Origin: Roseibacillus sp.
GTDB taxonomy: Bacteria; Verrucomicrobiota; Verrucomicrobiia; Verrucomicrobiales; Akkermansiaceae
Reading direction: 5' to 3'
Assembly (NCBI GenBank): GCA_965242925.1
Contig: CBDEUM010000032.1
Location: 1 to 22,545, forward strand
DNA length: 22,545 bases
Positions 15,799-22,545 of the stretch are shown here, piece after piece. Each line of letters begins with the position of its first letter. Position 1 is the stretch's first letter. A program made the translations under genes and the position numbers. The notes beneath the pieces are model-generated. The model had not been told where the DNA came from, did no database searches, and saw only the letters and a list, made by a program, of their open reading frames with translations.

Positions 15799-18087
15799 AT
15801 GAAAACCAACCGCCTCCATTTATTCGGCCTTCTCGGAGTTCTCGGAGGATTCGGGCTCAGTGCGTGTGGAGACAATAATAGCGATGCCGCGGTTCCGGCA
15901 GGGGGTGGAGGCTCAAAAGAAGTTGCCCTCAAGGCGGTTGCCGGTGATCCGGCCCCGGCCCCGGCCCCGGCAGGCGACCTGGAGGCGGTGGCGAAGGCAA
16001 CCGGTTTTGCCAGGCTCATGCCGAACACCACTCACGCCTACATTGGGATTTACGATGGCAAGGGATTCGTAGACGAAATTCGGGAATCGGCGCTTTTGAA
16101 GCTGGCTGAAGAACAGCTCGGCGACAATCTGGTGCCGGACGAGTTTGACTTGGAGAACCTCGACGAAAACCCCCAGGCTCAGATGATTACCGCGCTTCTG
16201 GGAGAGGAGATCTTCCTGGGGGTGGGCAGGGATGTGCCCGGGCAGCTCTCCAATCTGGTGGCCTTTAACGAATCGTATAGCCGCCATTCGATGAAAGCTT
16301 CGGTAGGGATGGCAACGGCTTTCCTGACCGGGGAGGGACCAGACTTCGACGAGAATAACCCGGAGGCTGCGCTGCAGACCCTTCTGGGAGGCCTGATTGG
16401 GGATCTCAAGGGAGGGCTGGGCGTGCTGGAGAAGGCCCGGATGCCGCCGCTCACACTTGGTTTCAAGGTCAGTGACGAAGAGAAGCGGGGGCAGTTGTTT
16501 GAAATCGCAGCCCAGGGCATTGGTGCCATGCTTGAGGAGATCGGTCCTGACGGAGAGGGCTTCGCGGAGGCCGTCAACCTGGAACGGGCTGGATCCAAGT
16601 TTACGGGTCTCACGATCAAGGGGGAAGAGCTGGTTGCCTCCATGCCACCGGACGTGAAGGAGGGCCTGACGCAGTTCCTGGATGCTGCCGCCGTTGATAA
16701 GCTCATGAAGACTCTTGAGTCCAAGAACATCGTAATGGCGATTGGTGTGCATGAGAACTACCTGGTGGGTTTCCTGGGTTCCAGCGCTGACGATCTGCAG
16801 ATTGCTGCCAGTCCGGCGGAGTCCTTGCTTTCCCGGCCGGAGGCAGCCTTCATGAAGTCCTTCGCAGGCAAGAGGCTGGTCAGTTTCACCACCGTGTCAA
16901 AGGAGTTGCAGGACAGCTCTAGGGGGAGCTCCGTCTTTGGGAGCATGGCCACGGGGCTCAAGGAGGGCTTGGCCGAGACCGAGGCCTTTGGTGATTCGCA
17001 GGATCTTGAGGTTCTCCTCGGGTTGATCGCCGAGCAGGAGCGTGCGATTCTGAACCTCCACACCTTTACTCCCGGGGGGAGTGTTACCTTCCTTGAGGAG
17101 GGGTTGAAGATGGAGATCTTCGGCGGGTCCGCCGTGCCCGGCACGGACCTGGACACGCCCCGGCGCTACGCCGGACTCGGCAAGGATGACGGAGTTTTCC
17201 TCTTTGCCAACTGGGTCTCGAATCCGGATTACACTGAGAAGGTCCTTGAGTATGTTGAGACGCTTGGGCAGACAATTTACCTGGCAGCGCAGCAGGTGGC
17301 CAGGATGGACCTCCCTGACGAAGTCGCCATCGATCTCGAGGAAATGACGAATGTTTTCGGAATGTTCGATGAGCAGATCCGCCCCCATTTCCTCAAGTTG
17401 TGGTCCGGCCTGCGCGATGACATGGTGGCCGGCCTTGGAGAGGAAGGGGCTGTGGTGGTCGATCTCAAGGGCGCGCTGCCCACGGTGCCCGGGCTCCCGC
17501 AACTCCTGGTGGATGAAGGCAAGGCACCACGTATCGCCATCCTGGCACCGACCAAGGACAAGAAGAAGCTGGGGGATTCCTGGGATAAGACTGAGAAGGC
17601 CCTCAACGGGATTCTCAAGATTGTGAGTGAAATGACGGGGGAGAACATTCCCATGCAAAGGCCAATGAGCAGCGAGAAAAATGATCTCAAGACCTGGTTC
17701 TTTCCATTCCCCTTCCAGTCCGATGACTTTGTCCTGAACGTCTCTGTCGATGAGAATAATTTCTATGCCTCGACTTCAAAATCCTACGTCCAGGATCTCT
17801 CCGCCAGACTGGAGAAGGCCGAGGTGGATCCCGCTGCCACGGGTGCCTACTTCAATGTGAACTTCGCGGTGCTGAATGCCTACCTCAACGACTGGATCAA
17901 ACTCCTGGAGGAGAAGCAGGTGGACATCTTCGGGGAAGGTTCGCCGGACGCGGAGGATCTCATGGAGGCACTGCCCATGGTAAAGATGGCGGTGGCCGGT
18001 CTTGGCGAACTGAAGAACATCAGGGGCCATACCCGGAAGGAGAATGGAGTGCTTCGAACCTCGGTGCATTTCAGGACCGGAAAATAA
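15799..18087 (+). CDS. Large acidic lipoprotein of unknown function (762 aa)
   Basis: Lipoprotein signal MKTNRLHLFGLLGVLGGFGLSA-C (lipobox LSAC), a Gly/Pro-Ala linker (GGGG, PAPAPAPA) and a long open frame. I recognise no catalytic motif. Confidence 0.8.
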   Translation: MKTNRLHLFGLLGVLGGFGLSACGDNNSDAAVPAGGGGSKEVALKAVAGDPAPAPAPAGDLEAVAKATGFARLMPNTTHAYIGIYDGKGFVDEIRESALLKLAEEQLGDNLVPDEFDLENLDENPQAQMITALLGEEIFLGVGRDVPGQLSNLVAFNESYSRHSMKASVGMATAFLTGEGPDFDENNPEAALQTLLGGLIGDLKGGLGVLEKARMPPLTLGFKVSDEEKRGQLFEIAAQGIGAMLEEIGPDGEGFAEAVNLERAGSKFTGLTIKGEELVASMPPDVKEGLTQFLDAAAVDKLMKTLESKNIVMAIGVHENYLVGFLGSSADDLQIAASPAESLLSRPEAAFMKSFAGKRLVSFTTVSKELQDSSRGSSVFGSMATGLKEGLAETEAFGDSQDLEVLLGLIAEQERAILNLHTFTPGGSVTFLEEGLKMEIFGGSAVPGTDLDTPRRYAGLGKDDGVFLFANWVSNPDYTEKVLEYVETLGQTIYLAAQQVARMDLPDEVAIDLEEMTNVFGMFDEQIRPHFLKLWSGLRDDMVAGLGEEGAVVVDLKGALPTVPGLPQLLVDEGKAPRIAILAPTKDKKKLGDSWDKTEKALNGILKIVSEMTGENIPMQRPMSSEKNDLKTWFFPFPFQSDDFVLNVSVDENNFYASTSKSYVQDLSARLEKAEVDPAATGAYFNVNFAVLNAYLNDWIKLLEEKQVDIFGEGSPDAEDLMEALPMVKMAVAGLGELKNIRGHTRKENGVLRTSVHFRTGK

Positions 18088-18225
18088 CGGGCTGTCCGCT
18101 GGGCTTCCCGGGAAGATATTCCGGCAAGGATTTTTTGGAGAACCGTGGAGGCGGGCCTCCCTTTTCCTTGAAAGGGCAGATCCCTTTCCGCTGGTCAAGT
18201 GGACGGATGGGCATAGAATTACACT

Positions 18226-19299
18226 ATGGCTAGGCTGATCGTACCCCAGGAGGACGAGCAGGAGCTTGGTGCTGCCCACTCTGAAACGGTTGAGCTGGCG
18301 TTGGCCCGTCAGCGCCAACGGGACACGGTTCAGTCCCTGATCAGTTCCATGATTCTGCTGGGACTCCTGATCGGCGTGCTGGCGCTTGTCACGATTCTTT
18401 CCCTGCAGACCAAGTCGCCCACGATCGTAACCTACCAGGCTTCCGTACCCGAGGAGGAACGCGTCGAGCGTCCGGAAGTGAATCAACGGGCCCGGCCCAA
18501 CCCGCCGGGTCAGAAGTCTTCCCGGGCCAAGGTGATTGCCTCGCAGGCACCGTCTCCCGTGTCTGTTCCCATTCCTGATAACCCTGTCCCGGAAGGCCCT
18601 TTCGGGATGTCGGACGAGATCGGGGAAGGCTGGGGCGACAATGAAGGCGATGGGACCGGAGGAGGGGGAGCATCTTTCTTCGGGAGTTACCGGAAGGGCA
18701 AACGGGTGGCCTACGTGGTCGACTTTTCCGGATCGATGGGCTCGACCGCGGAAGGCGGAGGCACCTTTGCCCAGGCTCTCAAGAAGGAGCTCACGACCTC
18801 GATCGGCAACCTTTCCTCGGGAATGTATTTCACGGTCATATTCTTTTCATCCCGCGCCTGGAATCTGACCACCGAGGGCAACGACTATGTTGGAAACGGT
18901 TGGCATGGACTTGGCGAGCCTCCTCACACCAACTGGTATCCGGCTAATGAAGGCATCAAGAAGGAAGTTATCGGTAAGATCAACAGCATGCCGGTGGCGG
19001 GGGGTACGATGTGGTACCCGGGCCTCAAGATGGCCATGACCATGAACCCGCCCCCGAGTATTGTATTTCTTCTTTCTGACGGGGAACCTCGTGATGGGGA
19101 CTCAATCTCCTTCAACATGAAGCAGCTTAACCCGGGGGGGACGCCAATTGACACTATCGCCTTTGAAGTTCCCGGTTCGCCTGCGGGTCGTCTCATGGAA
19201 ATTGCGAAGGATACCGGTGGGAAGTTCGTGATGGTGTACAAGGGTCAGCGTAAAACCGGGCGTGCTGCCGAGGCTCTGACCGATCCGAGGCATGATTGA
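18226..19299 (+). CDS. Membrane-anchored von Willebrand factor A domain protein
   Basis: One N-terminal TM helix (LISSMILLGLLIGVLALVTIL), a Pro/Gly-rich linker, the MIDAS motif YVVDFSGSM, then GGT, FLLSDGEP and IDTIAF. Confidence 0.85.
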   Translation: MARLIVPQEDEQELGAAHSETVELALARQRQRDTVQSLISSMILLGLLIGVLALVTILSLQTKSPTIVTYQASVPEEERVERPEVNQRARPNPPGQKSSRAKVIASQAPSPVSVPIPDNPVPEGPFGMSDEIGEGWGDNEGDGTGGGGASFFGSYRKGKRVAYVVDFSGSMGSTAEGGGTFAQALKKELTTSIGNLSSGMYFTVIFFSSRAWNLTTEGNDYVGNGWHGLGEPPHTNWYPANEGIKKEVIGKINSMPVAGGTMWYPGLKMAMTMNPPPSIVFLLSDGEPRDGDSISFNMKQLNPGGTPIDTIAFEVPGSPAGRLMEIAKDTGGKFVMVYKGQRKTGRAAEALTDPRHD

Positions 19300-19323
19300 T
19301 CCTTCGCCCGGAAGGGGCGGCAG

Positions 19324-19992
19324 TCACCCCTCTCTCGTCTTCAGAATGGCCTCTGCCAGGGCGAGGTCCTGGGGCAGGGTGACCTTGAGGTTGGAGAGGA
19401 GGTTTTCAACGAGCCTGGTGGGCACGCCGATAGCCTCCGCGGCCGACACGTCGTCGGTTACCTCGAGTGCTTGAGACCCGGTAGCCCGGTAGGCCCGGCG
19501 CAGGATCTCAAAACGAAAGGCCTGGGGGGTTTCCATGATCCAGAGCCGGTCGCGGGGAACGGAGCGATGAGTGAAGTCATTGTCGTCGGTCGTCTTGATG
19601 GTCTCGGTGACCCGGCGGGCCAGGGCTGCCGCGCCTTCGTCGCGGGAGGCCTCGATCACCTGGTCGATCTGTTCGGGCAGGATGAGAGGGCGGGCTCCGT
19701 CATGGACTGCAACGTAGGCCGGAGGAGAGGGGAAGGCATCAAGGCCGCGTATCACGGAGAGAAAGCGTTCACGGTCACCGTCCACCCGCAAAACTGGTTT
19801 CCCTGTCCCGGGATCGAGATGAGCAAAGCGTTCTTCGCTGGTCACCACCACGACGGTTTCGATCTCCCTGGCCTGCAGGAAGGCATCGAGGCTCCACTGA
19901 AGGACTGGTTTTCCTTCCAGCAGGGCGGTCATCTTGTCGAAACCCATGCGGTGGCCCTGGCCTGCCGCGACAATGATGGCGGCGCAACTCAT
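19324..19992 (-). CDS. ispD: 2-C-methyl-D-erythritol 4-phosphate cytidylyltransferase
   Basis: IIVAAGQGHRMG..DK, VAVHDGARPL, ETIK, ETPQAF, VTDD and NLKVT.PQDL. Confidence 0.92.
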   Translation of the reverse strand: MSCAAIIVAAGQGHRMGFDKMTALLEGKPVLQWSLDAFLQAREIETVVVVTSEERFAHLDPGTGKPVLRVDGDRERFLSVIRGLDAFPSPPAYVAVHDGARPLILPEQIDQVIEASRDEGAAALARRVTETIKTTDDNDFTHRSVPRDRLWIMETPQAFRFEILRRAYRATGSQALEVTDDVSAAEAIGVPTRLVENLLSNLKVTLPQDLALAEAILKTREG

Positions 19993-20055
19993 GTGACGAG
20001 GGAGTTCACGTTCAGGGGCAAGATTTCAATTTGGTGGGATGATCAGAGCGTATCT

Positions 20056-20511
20056 TCAGGAGAGTTGCTTCATGACCGCCTGGGAGAGGCTTTTGCCGTC
20101 GGCACGACCGGCGGTACGTTCCTGGAGGATCTTCATGACCTTGCCCATGTCAGCCCGGGTGGAGGCACCGGACTCTTCGATGGCGGTGATCACCAGTTCA
20201 TTAACCTCTTCCGCTGAGAGGGGGTCGGGAAGATAGTGTTCCAGGATGGTGATTTCGGATTCCTCCTGCTCAACCAGTTCAGTGCGGCCGGCCTTGGTGA
20301 ACTGCTCCGCGGATTCCCGGCGCTGCTTGATCTGTTTCCGGATGAGGTTGACGATCTCGCTCTCGTCCAGTTCCCCGTCCGCTCCTCCCTTTTCGATGGC
20401 AGCGTTCTTGATGGCGCTTTTGACTGCGCGGAGAGTGCTGAGAGCAATCGGGTTCCTGGCACGCATGGCGTCCTTCAGGTCTTCAGTGAGTTGGGTTGCG
20501 ATGTCGGCCAT
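20056..20511 (-). CDS. GatB/YqeY domain protein
   Basis: DLKDAMRAR...LRAVKSAIKN...KQIKQRRESAEQF.KAGR.EL...YLP..LS...DMGKVM...GRADG. Confidence 0.92.
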   Translation of the reverse strand: MADIATQLTEDLKDAMRARNPIALSTLRAVKSAIKNAAIEKGGADGELDESEIVNLIRKQIKQRRESAEQFTKAGRTELVEQEESEITILEHYLPDPLSAEEVNELVITAIEESGASTRADMGKVMKILQERTAGRADGKSLSQAVMKQLS

Positions 20512-20526
20512 GGAATGGAAGAAGGA

Positions 20527-20614
20527 GTTTCAGGCCTGAAGTTGCAAGTTTCAAGTGTCCAGAGGCCGCCCCGCCAGTTGTGGGTCACGGGAACCGGAAA
20601 CTTGAACTTGAAAC
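20527..20614. repeat. Degenerate heptamer tandem repeats in inverted arrangement (GTTTCAA / TTGAAAC)
   Basis: Left arm: GTTTCAG GCCTGAA GTTGCAA GTTTCAA GTGTCCA (20527-20561). Right arm: CGGGAAC CGGAAAC TTGAAC TTGAAAC (20588-20614). Confidence 0.55.
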
Positions 20615-20642
20615 CCGGGAGAGGAGGCCTCTTCCTCCCTTC

Positions 20643-21155
20643 GTGCGCGCAGGCAGCCTGTATCTGGTCTTCGTCGGCTTGCTCCTCTGTGTGGCAGGCG
20701 GAGCCTTCGCCCTGCTCATGTGGCGGAGTTTCGACCGCGCTTCCGGGCAGCGCGATTGGGAGGAGACGGAATGCACCATCGTGGAGTCCAGGATCGATCA
20801 ACGCCAGATCGGTAGCGATGTGGGAACAGAGTACAGGTTTGCGGTGACCTATGGTTATTCCTACGACGGCAAGGTGTTTACCTCGGAACGATACAGTCTG
20901 CAGGGAGCTTTCTGGAGTTCCTCGAAAGAACGTTCGCAGCGCAGAGTCGACAAATTTCCGGGGGGCACCACCAAGTCCTGTTATGTTAATCCTGAGGATC
21001 CTTCCTCAGCTGTCCTGAAGATGGACTCAAAGGCACCCGGTTATTCGCTGTGGTTCCCGTTGATCTTCATAGTGGGTGGGATCGGCATGATGATCGGGGC
21101 CGTCCGAAGCGATTTGATGATGCGACGCTCCGCTCAACATGAGAAACTGAACTGA
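20643..21155 (+). CDS. DUF3592-like membrane protein
   Basis: TM helix, then WEETECTIVES...YRFAVTYGYSYDGKVFTS...CYVNPEDPSSAVL, then a second TM helix. The start is uncertain; the GTG at 20643 was chosen because the ORF-track start overlaps yqeY. Confidence 0.75.
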   Translation: MRAGSLYLVFVGLLLCVAGGAFALLMWRSFDRASGQRDWEETECTIVESRIDQRQIGSDVGTEYRFAVTYGYSYDGKVFTSERYSLQGAFWSSSKERSQRRVDKFPGGTTKSCYVNPEDPSSAVLKMDSKAPGYSLWFPLIFIVGGIGMMIGAVRSDLMMRRSAQHEKLN

Positions 21156-21187
21156 AGCCGGGCCGATGCTGCCTGCGAGGGAGCGGA

Positions 21188-21985
21188 TCAGCTTGAGGTC
21201 ACCTTGACGAGGAATCCTTTCCTGCGTGCTCCGGTGAGCATGGTGTGCAGAAGCCAGAGAGCAGCGCTGAGAAAGATAATGTTCATTGCAAGGGAGGCCA
21301 CCATATGGGTTGCCGGGAAGGTGCCAGACTGGAGGACATCTCGCATGCCTTCAAAGACATGAGTGGAAGGAAAGAGCTTGGAAAGGGGTTGGAGCCAGGC
21401 GGGCAGGGCGGAGATCGGATAGAAGACCGCGGAAAATGGTTGGACCATGAAGGGGATAGCCCAGGCCAGGGACTCAGCCCCGTGGCCGAAGCGCAGGATA
21501 AGGCTGACCGAGATCAGTCCCAGGGCCCAGCCGAAGAGAAGGAGGTTGAGGTAGAAGGGAATGAGAGCGATCTCAAGATTGAAGAGATTGAACTGGTAGG
21601 CCGCGATGGCAATGACCGCGAGAATGAGACCGGTGAAAATGACCCGGCAGAACCCTACCAGGAACATGGCCCCGACGTATTCTGTGGTTCGCACTGGCGC
21701 GGCGAAGATATTCAGGAGATTGCGTGTCCAGACATCTTCCAGAAACGAGATGGCTACTCCCTGCTGGGAGCGGAAGAGGGCATCCCACAGAATGATGGCC
21801 CCGATCAGGTATGTGATTGTCTGAGGGAAGTCCCCCGACGTCTCGGACTGGAGATATTTGGTCAGGAATCCCCAGACGAGCAGCTGCACGAAAGGCCAGA
21901 AAACGAGCTCGACGATTCGTACTGGGTGACGGGTGTAGAGCCAGAAATATCGCAGGGCGATCGAGCCGAGGACACGGAAGTTCAT
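21188..21985 (-). CDS. ABC-2 type exporter permease
   Basis: About six TM helices, with FLEDVWTRNLLNIFAAP and FSAVFYPISALPAWLQ....PSTHVFEGMR. Confidence 0.88.
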   Translation of the reverse strand: MNFRVLGSIALRYFWLYTRHPVRIVELVFWPFVQLLVWGFLTKYLQSETSGDFPQTITYLIGAIILWDALFRSQQGVAISFLEDVWTRNLLNIFAAPVRTTEYVGAMFLVGFCRVIFTGLILAVIAIAAYQFNLFNLEIALIPFYLNLLLFGWALGLISVSLILRFGHGAESLAWAIPFMVQPFSAVFYPISALPAWLQPLSKLFPSTHVFEGMRDVLQSGTFPATHMVASLAMNIIFLSAALWLLHTMLTGARRKGFLVKVTSS

Positions 21986-22138
21986 GCAGGGGGCGGGACT
22001 GCGTTATTGGGGGCCTGATACGGGATAATGTCCAGAGATTAGAGAATTCCTTGCTTCTTCGGCAGGTTCCTCATGGCGCCTTGGCGATCCTGGGTTCAAG
22101 CGAGGGAAAAAGGTGGGGTCAGAGGGTCTGCCGCTTTT

Positions 22139-22545
22139 TCAGGACAGGATCTCCTTGACGACTCTCGCCTCCTCCACGCCGGTAAGTCGCTGGTCCAGTC
22201 CCTGGTAGCGGAAGGTAAGCTTCTCGTGGTGAATGCCAAGCTGGTTCAGGATCGTGGCATTCAGGTCACGGATATGAACTGGATCCTCCAGGATATTGTA
22301 GGAGTGATCATCCGTCTTGCCATGTTCATAGCCCCGCTTGATTCCAGCTCCTGCCATCCATGTGGTGAAGCATCGGCCATGGTGGTCACGGCCATGGTTG
22401 TTCTTGGTAAGTTTACCCTGAGAGTAAATGGTGCGGCCGAATTCGCCGCCGCAGATCACCAGGGTGTCATCAAACATGCCGCGCTCCTTTAAATCCTTGA
22501 TCAGGCCGGCACAGGGCTGATCGATATCTTCGCACTGCTGGCGCA
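22139..22545 (-). CDS. DUF1501 domain protein (5' part lies beyond the window)
   Basis: The frame is open to the window edge: ..[34 protein letters not shown]...GRDHH...[15 protein letters not shown]...[13 protein letters not shown]. Confidence 0.9.
   Translation of the reverse strand, partial: RQQCEDIDQPCAGLIKDLKERGMFDDTLVICGGEFGRTIYSQGKLTKNNHGRDHHGRCFTTWMAGAGIKRGYEHGKTDDHSYNILEDPVHIRDLNATILNQLGIHHEKLTFRYQGLDQRLTGVEEARVVKEILS

Noticed and set aside
15949..15972. CCGGCC hexamer tandem repeat
   Set aside because: It simply encodes the PAPAPAPA linker of the lipoprotein. The unit is a multiple of 3, so there is no phase-variation effect.
13699..19992. ispD and the polyprenyl synthase as an isoprenoid cluster
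   Set aside because: They are about 4.6 kb apart and separated by three unrelated opposite-strand genes, so there is no operon evidence.
1..22545. CRISPR arrays, tRNA/rRNA genes, transposases, integrases, riboswitches (including a Ni/Co riboswitch before cbiM) and defence systems
   Set aside because: None recognised by eye. The ureD-cbiM gap is only 12 nt, too short for a riboswitch. A covariance-model scan would be needed to exclude small RNAs in the larger spacers.

Overview
Bacterial chromosomal window, probably Verrucomicrobiota or another PVC-group organism. This is inferred from the DUF1080, DUF1501 and vWA gene content and was not verified. The left ~10 kb (+ strand) is a urea-utilisation locus: the 3' end of a urea ABC transporter (urtD partial, urtE), an outer-membrane beta-barrel gene behind a sigma54-type promoter, urease ureABC, the accessory genes ureEFGD, and an ECF-type Ni/Co importer. 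The importer comprises NikM/CbiM, a 42-aa PDGLE mini-protein and a single-ORF CbiQ-CbiO fusion. The right ~12.5 kb holds housekeeping and PVC-type genes: a HIT protein, a hypothetical protein, nrdR, two DUF1080 proteins, an SMP-30/gluconolactonase, a polyprenyl synthase, a large lipoprotein, a vWA protein, ispD, YqeY, a DUF3592-like protein, an ABC-2 permease and a partial DUF1501 gene. Most notable: (i) tandem NrdR boxes upstream of nrdR, whose downstream partner is not a ribonucleotide reductase but a hypothetical protein resembling a degenerate ATP-cone; (ii) a sigma54-driven porin candidate between urt and ure; (iii) UreG with NKVG in place of the NKxD G4 motif; (iv) the unusual Ni-ECF architecture; (v) a perfect 28-bp palindrome with a Rex-box core in front of the polyprenyl synthase. 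All calls come from motif recognition by eye; no searches were run.
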